A stretch of 47,640 nucleotides of DNA. Origin: Elusimicrobia bacterium RIFOXYA12_FULL_57_11. GTDB lineage: Bacteria > Elusimicrobiota > Elusimicrobia > Elusimicrobiales > UBA9959. The notes under the pieces were generated by a model, which searched no databases, was not told the origin of the DNA, and saw only the letters and a list, made by a program, of their open reading frames with translations. This document shows positions 25,528 through 34,200 of the stretch, one piece after another (positions within the stretch are counted from its first letter, which is position 1; each line of letters begins with the position of its first letter). The position numbers and the translations under genes are program-made. The stretch spans positions 1-47,640 of the forward strand of contig MGVB01000055.1 in assembly GCA_001800275.1 (NCBI GenBank), read 5' to 3'.

Positions 25528-26268
25528 TTGGCCATGAAGTATTTTGACGCGCACAACCACCTGCAGGATTACGGCTCCCCGTCCGAATTGGCCGGCGCGC
25601 TGGCGGCGGCCGCGGCCGCCGGGGTGGAAGGCATGCTCTGCTGCGCCACCCGCCCCGGCAACTGGCAGCGCGTGCTGGCTATTGCGGCCGGCGGCAAAGG
25701 AATAACCCCGTGCCTGGGCGTGCACCCGTGGTTCGCCGTCGAAGTGCGGGGCGGCTGGTTGGCAAGGCTTGAGGAGCTGCTGCGCGGGGCCGCCGGCCTG
25801 GGGGAAATAGGCCTGGACGCGGTGCGGGCGACCGCCTGCCAGGAAGAGGTTTTTGCCGGGCAGCTGAAGCTGGCAAAAAAACTTAACAGACCGGCCGTAA
25901 TACATTGCGTCGGCGCCTGGGGGCGCCTGCTGGCCCTGCTCCGGGAACACCGGCCGCCGGCTTTCCTGCTGCACGCCTACGGCGGCTCGCCGGAACTTGT
26001 GGTGAATTTTACGGCGCTGGGCGGATATTTTTCTTTCGGCAAGGAAATAATGGCCCCGGAAAGGGGAAAACTGCGCGCGGCGCTTAAAACCGTTCCCCGC
26101 GGCCGCCTGCTTTTTGAAACGGAAGCGCCCGCCCCGGGTGCTGCCTCCGGCCCGGCCGGGATAGCGGACATTGTGGCCGCCGCGGCGGGGATCTTAGGTG
26201 TTGAGCATGAAGAACTGGCGGAGCTTGCGTATCGTAACGGGTGTAACTTTGTAAACCTGAAGGTGTAG
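25528..26268 (+). CDS. TatD-family metal-dependent hydrolase
   Basis: YFDAHNHLQ N-terminal metal motif, GEIGLD and VIHC. 246 aa. Confidence 0.8.
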   Translation: MAMKYFDAHNHLQDYGSPSELAGALAAAAAAGVEGMLCCATRPGNWQRVLAIAAGGKGITPCLGVHPWFAVEVRGGWLARLEELLRGAAGLGEIGLDAVRATACQEEVFAGQLKLAKKLNRPAVIHCVGAWGRLLALLREHRPPAFLLHAYGGSPELVVNFTALGGYFSFGKEIMAPERGKLRAALKTVPRGRLLFETEAPAPGAASGPAGIADIVAAAAGILGVEHEELAELAYRNGCNFVNLKV

Positions 26269-26272
26269 ATAC

Positions 26273-26998
26273 TTACCGCTGCCACTCCGGAAAAACCGCG
26301 CCCGCTGGCCCCGCCAGCAGGCCGATATGCGTTAAAGGCGGGCTGTTCTTGGCCAGGTACAGCGCGCCGGCCAGTTTCTTCAGCGCGGGCGCGCCGGGGC
26401 AAGGCATAAGGCCGGCGGGCGCCAGCACTATAATAACCCCGCCGCAGTTAACGCCTGTTTTTTTGCGCGAACTGTTAACCTGGCGGATCTTTTTTTCATA
26501 TTTCAGGCGCAGGTAGTTAATGACCCGCTGCTCCGGTTCGGGCGGGCTTTCATGTTTTTCGAACAGGTATCCCAGCGGCCCGGCGGCCACCGTCCTGATG
26601 CAGCGGACTTCGAAAATATAATTCCTGTTTCCCAGCGTGCCGGCCAGGTCCGCGCCTGTGCCGCTGCTTTGGCGCAGCAGGGTAATTCCCGTAAAGCCTT
26701 CCTGATGGAGCCACAGGACAGCCCGCAGCTCGGCCAGCGCGGCCTCGAACCTCTCGGGTGCCGTATCATTCTTGTTGAAACCGGTAATGAATAAAACCTC
26801 GTTCTCCGGGCGGCCCAGTACGGCCCCGCCCGCCGTTAGCAGGCGCTGCATGTTTTCAATGAATACCGGAGGGTCCTGCCTGAGCGCGGCCTTAAGGCCG
26901 GAGGGCATTCGCGCGCGCGCGGCCAGTGAGAAAAGTTCCTTAACCTCTCCCGGCAGAGTGGAAACCATTATAAAGTTTAAAATGTCGGAGGTACGCAC
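26273..26998 (-). CDS. Hypothetical cytoplasmic protein
   Basis: Co-oriented directly downstream of the GH104 gene. An ATG at 26968 would remove the 22-nt overlap. The ...GADLAG...NYIFEVRC segment is only faintly PD-(D/E)xK-like. Confidence 0.55.
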   Translation of the reverse strand: MRTSDILNFIMVSTLPGEVKELFSLAARARMPSGLKAALRQDPPVFIENMQRLLTAGGAVLGRPENEVLFITGFNKNDTAPERFEAALAELRAVLWLHQEGFTGITLLRQSSGTGADLAGTLGNRNYIFEVRCIRTVAAGPLGYLFEKHESPPEPEQRVINYLRLKYEKKIRQVNSSRKKTGVNCGGVIIVLAPAGLMPCPGAPALKKLAGALYLAKNSPPLTHIGLLAGPAGAVFPEWQR

Positions 26999-27984
26999 AA
27001 AAAATCACGCAGTGTGGGCTGGGCTGCCGGTATTACGGGTGGGATTTCCGCCAGGTAGCCTTTCAGTATGGCGCTGTAAACGGCCCAGAGTTCTTTTACC
27101 GTATAGGTGGGCTGCCCGTACGGGCTGCCGGGCAGTGAAGCCCAGATGGTGTTGTTCTTTGTCATGGCTTTGGCGAAATTCGCGTACGTGGAGGATCTTT
27201 CCACCGCGGGGTAGGACCCTGTCCTGCGCAGCAGTTCCAGCGCGGCTTTTTCCTGGCTGGGCGGGGTGAAATCCGGCAGCGCCAGGTCGGCCGCCAGCGC
27301 GTCCCAGGTGGCGGTAAGGAACTGGTAGCGGCCCGCGGCGGTGGAGCACAGGCCGCCGGAGCAGATCTTTTTGCGCGGATGTTTGGCGTAGCTGGTGAAG
27401 GTAACGAAGGTGTAGATATAGTTATAGTGTTCGTTGGTGCCCTCGGCAAAAGCCAGGGTATCGAGGAAGGCCCGGACATTTACCGGCAGCAGCCCCTTGC
27501 CGCCCGCCGAGGTGGAATGAACGTCCGGCATGTAAACGTAGCCGCGGGAAAAAGAGCAGCCGGGCAGCGGGGTAAGAAAATGCGCCACGATATGCCGGCC
27601 CTCGAAAGCCGGTAACGAGTACAGGCTATAAAGGGTGTTGGCGTCCAACTTGCATTTCCCCGTGCCGTCCTGCAGCGCGGCGGTGTCGGCGGAACTGGCC
27701 TTAAGATATGTGGCTGTAGTGCTGACGCGCAGGAAATGCCAATCCTGCATTGATTTGTCCGCCCCGGGCCAGTTGTAGCCGGGTTCATTGTTGTTCGGGG
27801 GGATGTCCTGCCGGGCGTCCGCCTGCTGCCCAGGCGCCGGTGCCGAAGCCGCGGGCGCGGTAATGGCGCCGTCTATTTGCGCTGTCCCCGCAAGGTCGCC
27901 AAAAGCGTAATTGCCCGCCATAAGCCCGCAGGGTAGGAGCGTCAGGGAGAGCAGGGCCAGGTATGTGCAGCGCAGCGTTCTCAT
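26977..27984 (-). CDS. Exported GH104 (lambda-lysozyme-like) muramidase/lytic transglycosylase with unknown N-terminal domain
   Basis: Signal peptide. The C-terminal half has LAFAEGT (catalytic Glu region) and STAAGRYQFLTATWD. Confidence 0.8.
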   Translation of the reverse strand: MRTLRCTYLALLSLTLLPCGLMAGNYAFGDLAGTAQIDGAITAPAASAPAPGQQADARQDIPPNNNEPGYNWPGADKSMQDWHFLRVSTTATYLKASSADTAALQDGTGKCKLDANTLYSLYSLPAFEGRHIVAHFLTPLPGCSFSRGYVYMPDVHSTSAGGKGLLPVNVRAFLDTLAFAEGTNEHYNYIYTFVTFTSYAKHPRKKICSGGLCSTAAGRYQFLTATWDALAADLALPDFTPPSQEKAALELLRRTGSYPAVERSSTYANFAKAMTKNNTIWASLPGSPYGQPTYTVKELWAVYSAILKGYLAEIPPVIPAAQPTLRDFLCVPPTF

Positions 27985-28094
27985 ATATAGAGTATAGACC
28001 CCGGGGGTTTACAGCGCAAGGGGACCAGGGCCCAGGTGTCAATAGGCCTTTCGGGTCATGCGTCCCGCGGTTGTTTATGCTGGCAGCGGCGGGA

Positions 28095-29525
28095 TCAACC
28101 GGTTTTAAGTTTTGCCGTGTAAGAGGCGTGGAATTGTTTCATCTTCGCCACCAGCTCCACTATCTCTTCTTTGGGCGGCAGGAAGGTGGTGCGGAAATGC
28201 AGCGTGCTCGGCCGCTGGCCGAAGCCGGAGCCGGGCACCACGCAAATGCCGGTGGCTTCCAGCAGCGCCAGGCAGTAATCTGAATCCCTGGCGGCCTCGT
28301 AGTCCGCCCGTTCCTGCGGGGGCATTGCCTCCAGGTTAACGCCGGCGGCGTGCGGCAGTTCGAACTTTACAAAAGCGTACATGGCGCCCTCGGGGACATT
28401 TGTTGTCATGCCGGGGATGGCGTTCAGGCCTTTGCCCAGTATCTCCGCTTTTTCTTTCAGGTCGCTCAAGATGGCCGCTTTTTCGGCCGAGTAAAGCGGG
28501 TAGGCGGCGTCGCCTTTTACGGGCGGCGCCACCATAAGGTAGGTTACCACCTGGCCGTCAACATTGGCGCACAGCCCGATGGACTGCAGTTTTATCATTT
28601 CCGCGTAAACGTCGTCCGGCATATTCCTTATTTCAAGGTAGCCGCCGCGGTGCCCGCATTCGCCCAGGAAGCCTTTGGAGACGGAATGGAAGCTGAACAG
28701 CGCCACTTCCGTCTCGCCCATGGCGTGCATCACTTTGGCGAAGGAATAGAATTTTAATTTGTCGGAATAAATGTTCTCCTGGTAGACCTCGTCGGCCAGT
28801 ATGGCCAGCCGGTGCTTCCTGGCGAAGCGGATTATCATCTCTATGTTCTCGCGGGGCAGTACTGCGCCGGTGGGGTTGCCGGGGTTTATAACCGCTATGG
28901 CCACGGGGTTGATGCCGGTCTTTTTAGCGGCCTCGAAGCTCGCGTTCAGTTCGCTCTCCTGCAGCTGCCAGTTCTTCGCCTCGTCCAGGAAGTAATTTAT
29001 CTGCCGCGCGCCGAAAAGTTCTATGGTGGCGCTGTAAAGCGGGTACTGCGGTATGGGTATCATAAACCCGTCGTTCTCGCCTTTTATAAGCAGCGTGAAA
29101 GCCGCCTGCACGCCTTTGGACGCACCGTCGGTGAGCAGCACCCGGTTCATATCGGCGGGTATGCCGTCGCGGCGGTGGATGAAATCCGCCACGGCCTTGC
29201 GGATGAAGGGGAGGCCGGCGCTCTGGGTGTAGGCCCCGGTGCCGCTGGGGTTATGGGTCAGTATAGTACGCGCCCTCTCGATGGCGTCCGGGGGGAAGAG
29301 CGGCGCGGCGGCGGGAAGATCCAGCAGGGTCGGGTATTCCAGCAGGCTCAGCACCTGCCGCACGAAGGTTATGGGTTTCTGCTTCAGCGCCTGCGGGTTG
29401 CCGATGTTGCAGTAAATTATCTTGCGTCCCTGGCCTTCCAGCTGGTTGGCCCTTATGACTATCTTGCCTCTTACGGCGTAATGGGCTTTAAGGAGCCTGG
29501 GGTTGACATCGTTGAGAGTGACCAT
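28095..29525 (-). CDS. Alanine aminotransferase-like PLP enzyme (class I/II)
   Basis: YAVRGKIV...IIYCNIGNPQAL...KPITF and SVSKGFLGECGHRGGY are ALT-subfamily signatures. The start at 29525 (MVTLNDV) is chosen because the longer track ORF runs antisense across the tRNA. Confidence 0.85.
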   Translation of the reverse strand: MVTLNDVNPRLLKAHYAVRGKIVIRANQLEGQGRKIIYCNIGNPQALKQKPITFVRQVLSLLEYPTLLDLPAAAPLFPPDAIERARTILTHNPSGTGAYTQSAGLPFIRKAVADFIHRRDGIPADMNRVLLTDGASKGVQAAFTLLIKGENDGFMIPIPQYPLYSATIELFGARQINYFLDEAKNWQLQESELNASFEAAKKTGINPVAIAVINPGNPTGAVLPRENIEMIIRFARKHRLAILADEVYQENIYSDKLKFYSFAKVMHAMGETEVALFSFHSVSKGFLGECGHRGGYLEIRNMPDDVYAEMIKLQSIGLCANVDGQVVTYLMVAPPVKGDAAYPLYSAEKAAILSDLKEKAEILGKGLNAIPGMTTNVPEGAMYAFVKFELPHAAGVNLEAMPPQERADYEAARDSDYCLALLEATGICVVPGSGFGQRPSTLHFRTTFLPPKEEIVELVAKMKQFHASYTAKLKTG

Positions 29526-29616
29526 AGCCCAAATTATATAAATATTAGCCGGGGCCTGGTTTTTTGCGCATGGGCGGGTGCCTTTTTTCTTTAAGTTTGG
29601 TAATATATACGCATAT

Positions 29617-29687
29617 GGTGCGGTGGCCAAGTGGTAAGGCGAGAGTCTGCAAAACTCTTATTCGTGGGTTCGATTCCCACCCGCACC
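29617..29687 (+). tRNA. tRNA-Cys (anticodon GCA)
   Basis: Folded by hand. Acceptor GGTGCGG/CCGCACC, 3-bp D stem GCC/GGC, anticodon stem AGAGT/ACTCT with loop CTGCAAA, T arm GTGGG-TTCGATT-CCCAC. 71 nt, CCA not encoded. Confidence 0.9.
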
Positions 29688-29741
29688 TTTCTTCTTTTTC
29701 AAATTAATCTGGAGGAAAGGGGGGCGGCCTCCGCAACCACT

Positions 29742-30902
29742 ATGAACCTCAGCAGATTAGCCCTGTCCCTAGGCCAGTCGGCCACGCTCAAATTAAACGA
29801 ATTAGCCAATAACCTCAAAGCCGAGGGCAAGCCGGTTGTGCACCTGGGCGGCGGCGAGCCCGAAGAGAAAATACCGGCCGGCGCCGCGGAGGCCGGCCGC
29901 AGGCTGCTGGACGGGGGCTTTGTGCGCTATACCGCCACCGCCGGCACCGCGCCCCTTAAAAAAGAGATAGCCGCCTATACTGAGCGGCACTACGGAGTAA
30001 AACCGGGGCTTAATAACATTGTGGTGGCCTCCGGGGCCAAGCAGGCCATATACAATTTTCTGGTTTCGGTAATAGACCCGGGCGATCAGGTGGTCTTTCC
30101 CGCGCCCTACTGGGTAAGCTATCCGGAAATGGTGCGCCTGGCCTATGGCACGCCCGTGGTGGCGCGCCCCAAAGCGGGGCAGCTGCTGGTAAGCGCCGCG
30201 GACATTGAGGCCTGCATAACCTCCAGCACCAAGGCTGTCCTGCTGAACAGCCCCAACAACCCCTCCGGCCAGATTTACCCGCAGCAGTTCATCCGCGAAA
30301 TGGTGGAGATTTGCGAGCACCGCAATGTTTATCTGCTGATGGACGATATTTACAACCAGCTGGTGTTCGACGGGCTTAAAGCCCCGTCGGCCTTTGAATT
30401 TTCCAGGAGACCGCTGAACGAATCCGTGATCGTCTCCATAAACGGAGTTTCCAAGACCTTCTCCATGACGGGTTTCCGCATAGGCTGGAGCGTGGCCAAC
30501 GAGGCTATTACCCAGGCCATGGTGAAGGTGCAGGCGCAGGTTTCCTCCTGCCCGTCGGCGCTCAGCCAGGCCGCCGCGGCCGGGGCGCTGGCCGCCGGCG
30601 GGGATTTTGTGGGCACGCTGCGCGCCGGGCTTGAAAAGAAGCGCGACCTCATGGTGGCCGAGCTTTCAAAACTTAAAAAAGTGAAGCTGCACAAGCCGCA
30701 GGGCACCTTCTACAGCTTCCCCGATTTCAGCGCCTACGAGCCGGCTTCCGCCAAACTTTCGGGTCTGCTGCTTGAAAAAGCTATGGTGGTTACCGTGCCC
30801 GGGGTTGAGTTCGGCCTGGAAGGCCACCTGCGCCTGAGCTATTGCGGGGCGGAAAAGGATATTATCGAAGGCGTTGCCCGCATACGCAAGGTTTTAGACT
30901 GA
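29742..30902 (+). CDS. Aspartate/aromatic aminotransferase (class I PLP enzyme)
   Basis: LGGGEPE N-terminal motif, NSPNNPSG, and PLP-lysine region SKTFSMTGFRIGW. The start at 29742 is the first ATG downstream of the tRNA. Confidence 0.85.
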   Translation: MNLSRLALSLGQSATLKLNELANNLKAEGKPVVHLGGGEPEEKIPAGAAEAGRRLLDGGFVRYTATAGTAPLKKEIAAYTERHYGVKPGLNNIVVASGAKQAIYNFLVSVIDPGDQVVFPAPYWVSYPEMVRLAYGTPVVARPKAGQLLVSAADIEACITSSTKAVLLNSPNNPSGQIYPQQFIREMVEICEHRNVYLLMDDIYNQLVFDGLKAPSAFEFSRRPLNESVIVSINGVSKTFSMTGFRIGWSVANEAITQAMVKVQAQVSSCPSALSQAAAAGALAAGGDFVGTLRAGLEKKRDLMVAELSKLKKVKLHKPQGTFYSFPDFSAYEPASAKLSGLLLEKAMVVTVPGVEFGLEGHLRLSYCGAEKDIIEGVARIRKVLD

Positions 30903-30936
30903 TAAAGCGGCGAGCCCCGCCGCCTGGGAGGAGTTT

Positions 30937-32520
30937 ATGATAGAAGCCAGACCCGCGGAGTCCCTGCCGGAGATAAAAACGTCCAAAACTGTTTTCAGGA
31001 ACCTTTTGGCGCCGGCGCTGTACGAGCACGCGGTGGCCCGCCATGAGGCCGAAATAACCGCGGGCGGGGCGCTGGCCGCGCGTACGGGCAAGCATACTGC
31101 CCGCAGCGCGCAGGATAAATTTATAGTTAAAGAGCCCTCCAGCGAAAAGCATATTAATTGGGGCGCCCAGAACGTGGCCATAGACTCCGACAGCTTTGAC
31201 GCGCTACTGCGCAAGGTTACCGCCTACCTGGGCGATAAGGATATTTATGTGCGGGACTGCTATGCCGGCTCCGACGCGAAAAACCGCCTGAAAGTGCGGG
31301 TTTATACGGAGCTCGCGTGGCACAGCCTGTTTGCCGGGCACATGTTCATTGCGCCGGCGGCGGCTGAGCTGGCCGCTTTCAGCCCGGACTTCACGGTTAT
31401 AACCGTGCCGGGGTTCAACGCCATGCCTGCAGTGGATGGCACGCGCAGCGGCACCTTCATCCTGCTTAACTTCCGCCGAAAGATAGTTCTTATAGGCGGC
31501 ACCGCCTATGCCGGGGAGATAAAGAAATCAATTTTCAGCGTTATGAACTACCTGCTGCCGCTCAAGGGCGTAATGCCCATGCACTGCTCGGCCAATGTGG
31601 GAAAGGCAAAGGATACGGCCATTTTTTTTGGCCTGTCCGGCACCGGCAAGACTACACTGTCCTCCGACCCGCTGCGGCGCCTGATAGGCGACGACGAACA
31701 TGGCTGGGCGAACAGCGGCATCTTTAATTTCGAGGGCGGCTGCTACGCCAAGGTGATAAAGCTTTCGGCCGCGGCCGAACCGCAGATCCACGCCGCCACC
31801 GGGCGCTTTGGCACCATACTGGAGAACGTGGTGTATGACCCGCTCACCCGGGCGCTGAACCTGGACGACGGCACGCTGACCGAGAACACCCGGGCGGCCT
31901 ACCCGCTGGAATTCATAGATAACGCCATAAAAGGCGCCGCTTTCCCGCATCCGAAGAACATAGTAATGCTTACCTACGACGCTTTTGGCGTGCTGCCTCC
32001 CATAGCCAGGCTCTCCTATGAGCAGGCTATGTATCATTTTATAAGCGGCTATACGGCCAAGGTGGCCAACACCGAAATGGGCATTAAGGAGCCCAAGGCC
32101 ACGTTCAGCACCTGTTTCGGGGCGCCGTTCATGAGCCATCACCCCGCGGTTTACGCGGAACTGCTGGAAAAAAAGATGCGCGCGAGCAAAGCCGACTGCT
32201 GGCTGATAAACACCGGCCTGTGCGGCGGGCCTTACGGCACGGGCAAGCGCATGAGCATACAGCACACCCGCGCCCTGCTTAATTCGGCCCTGGAGGGGAA
32301 GCTGGCCAAGGTGAAATTCACCAAAGACCCCGTGTTCGGCTTCGGGATACCGGCAAAATGCCCCGGGGTGCCGGCGGCTATCCTTAACCCGCGCAAGGCC
32401 TGGGCGGATAAGGCGCTTTATGACGCCAAATACAGGGAGCTGGCGGCTCTTTTTGCCGCTAATTTCAAAAAATTCAACGTTACCAGCAAGGCAATAGCCG
32501 GAGCCGGGCCTAAAATATAG
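30937..32520 (+). CDS. pckA: Phosphoenolpyruvate carboxykinase (ATP)
   Basis: FFGLSGTGKTTLS kinase-1a motif, IGDDEHGW and FNFEGGCYAK. Confidence 0.92.
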   Translation: MIEARPAESLPEIKTSKTVFRNLLAPALYEHAVARHEAEITAGGALAARTGKHTARSAQDKFIVKEPSSEKHINWGAQNVAIDSDSFDALLRKVTAYLGDKDIYVRDCYAGSDAKNRLKVRVYTELAWHSLFAGHMFIAPAAAELAAFSPDFTVITVPGFNAMPAVDGTRSGTFILLNFRRKIVLIGGTAYAGEIKKSIFSVMNYLLPLKGVMPMHCSANVGKAKDTAIFFGLSGTGKTTLSSDPLRRLIGDDEHGWANSGIFNFEGGCYAKVIKLSAAAEPQIHAATGRFGTILENVVYDPLTRALNLDDGTLTENTRAAYPLEFIDNAIKGAAFPHPKNIVMLTYDAFGVLPPIARLSYEQAMYHFISGYTAKVANTEMGIKEPKATFSTCFGAPFMSHHPAVYAELLEKKMRASKADCWLINTGLCGGPYGTGKRMSIQHTRALLNSALEGKLAKVKFTKDPVFGFGIPAKCPGVPAAILNPRKAWADKALYDAKYRELAALFAANFKKFNVTSKAIAGAGPKI

Positions 32521-32554
32521 GCGCCGGCAGCGTCAGCCGCGGCCGGCTTATCCC

Positions 32555-33730
32555 GTGAAGAAAAAACAGTCCTCCCAACAGCCGGAAAAAAACGGATTCC
32601 TTACGCGCCGGAAGTTCTACGCCGCCGCGTTTATTGTTTTTTTTATTATTTTCGCCCGGTCGAGTTTTATTCTTACCGTAAGGGAGAGTAATGGCCGCTT
32701 TGTCGTTACCAGCCACCAGGCGCTGGAAGAAGATTTTTCTCATCCCAAGCTGCTTGCGTTGAGAACCCGTGAAAAGCTGGACGCCATTACCGCGCAGGGC
32801 AAAACGCAGTTCGAAAAGATGGTTATGCTGCGCCAGTGGGCCCGGCGCCAGTGGGAGCCGGGCAGTAAATTCTATTATCCCCCATGGGACGCCGCGGAAA
32901 TACTGGACCTGGCCAGAAAACATAAAAACTACGGGTTTTGCGCGCAATACGGGGTAGTTTTCGCGCAGGCGTGCATGGCCATGGGAATACATGCCAGGTA
33001 TATAGATATTGTCGGCCATTTTGTCTCCGAAGCCTGGTCGGATGAATACGCGAAATGGGTGGCTATGGACCCGTATAATGACGTGCATTACGAAAGAGAC
33101 GCGGTACCGTTGAACGCGCGGGAACTGTGCCGGGCGTACTGGGAAAATGACCTGAAAGGCCTCACAAAAGTGGATTCCGCCGGGAATAAAACGCGGATAA
33201 AAAAAACCGACATAGAGTTGTACCGGATGTACGCGCTGTATTTGCGCAGCAACCACCTGGCGCACCCGGTAACCGTAGAACGCTCCGGCGGGAAGGCTAG
33301 CCTTTCGCATGAACCGGATTTTCGCCGGTATCCGGCCATAGGGGCCGGCCCGAGTTCGGTGGTGTATATCCATACCATAGTGTCGTTCCGTGATAAATTC
33401 GCGCGCGAGAATTTTACCGCCTGGCCGGTGCTGGAGGACCTTGAGACCTACCACCGCCCTGTAAACCAGACCATAATGAGCGTGGCTGGGAGCGAAACGC
33501 AGGGGGATATGGTGAAAGTCGCGCTGACAGCCGACCAGGCGCCGGCTTTCGACACATTCCTTATGAAATTCAACGGCGGCGGCTGGCAGCGGGCGCCGGC
33601 TAAAATGATGGGGCAGCTGGAGCCGGGGTTTAATAAATTAGCCGCCAGGCTGGTCACAAAAGAAGGCTGGCAGGGGCCGGAAAGCAGCGTGGAACTTTTC
33701 TACAAACCGCCATGGGGGTTTAAATGGTGA
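32555..33730 (+). CDS. Transglutaminase-like domain protein with N-terminal TM anchor
   Basis: GTG start. TM helix FYAAAFIVFFIIFA. Cys-His-Asp core YGFCAQYG...VGHFVSEAW...AMDPYN. Confidence 0.8.
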   Translation: MKKKQSSQQPEKNGFLTRRKFYAAAFIVFFIIFARSSFILTVRESNGRFVVTSHQALEEDFSHPKLLALRTREKLDAITAQGKTQFEKMVMLRQWARRQWEPGSKFYYPPWDAAEILDLARKHKNYGFCAQYGVVFAQACMAMGIHARYIDIVGHFVSEAWSDEYAKWVAMDPYNDVHYERDAVPLNARELCRAYWENDLKGLTKVDSAGNKTRIKKTDIELYRMYALYLRSNHLAHPVTVERSGGKASLSHEPDFRRYPAIGAGPSSVVYIHTIVSFRDKFARENFTAWPVLEDLETYHRPVNQTIMSVAGSETQGDMVKVALTADQAPAFDTFLMKFNGGGWQRAPAKMMGQLEPGFNKLAARLVTKEGWQGPESSVELFYKPPWGFKW

Positions 33731-33764
33731 TTTGGGCGGCATTCGCGCCCTGCGGATAAATGTA

Positions 33765-33795
33765 TTGACAGTCCAAAGGGAAAATAGGTTATATG
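33765..33795 (+). promoter_or_regulatory. Putative promoter (TTGACA plus AT-rich -10 region TTATATG)
   Basis: Perfect -35 at 33765-33770. The -10 is imperfect at 18-19 nt spacing. Confidence 0.35.
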
Positions 33796-33835
33796 TAGTT
33801 GTAATTTAGAAGTGATCCTTAAGGAGGACGTACAC

Positions 33836-34099
33836 ATGCCCGCAGCAAAAGCAAACTCGAAGTTCATGGCCCCCGTTACCCCTAACGCAATCCTTGGCGA
33901 GATAGTAGGCGCGAAGCCGCTTCCCCGCACGGAGATCGTTAAGAAGATCTGGGTCTACATAAAGAAGAACAAACTGCAGGACAGCAAGAACAAGCGCATG
34001 ATCAATGCCGATGAGAAGCTGCTCAAGCTTTTCGCCGGTAAGAAACAGGTCAGCATGTTCGACCTGGCCACGATCATCAGCAAAAACGTGTCCAAATAA
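33836..34099 (+). CDS. SWIB/MDM2 domain protein
   Basis: AAGGAGGA SD 7 nt upstream of the ATG at 33836. LGEIVGAKPLPRTEIVKKIWVYIKKNKLQD...DEKLLKLF is the SWIB signature. Confidence 0.85.
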   Translation: MPAAKANSKFMAPVTPNAILGEIVGAKPLPRTEIVKKIWVYIKKNKLQDSKNKRMINADEKLLKLFAGKKQVSMFDLATIISKNVSK

Positions 34100-34115
34100 G
34101 CGTAGTTTGAACTTT

Positions 34116-34149
34116 AACGCCGTCCGCGTAAAAACGGGCGGCGTTTTTA
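34116..34149 (+). terminator. Rho-independent terminator
   Basis: AACGCCGTCCG-CGTAAAAA-CGGGCGGCGTT followed by TTTT. Confidence 0.75.
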
Positions 34150-34200
34150 TTTGCCCCTGGGGCGCCGACCGCCGCGGCCTTTTTAATTTGGCAGGTATTA

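Noticed and set aside
29526-29741. ORF extensions on both strands across the tRNA-Cys gene
   Set aside because: The region folds into a canonical tRNA cloverleaf. Aminotransferase homology starts only at the internal Met codons (29525 minus, 29742 plus).
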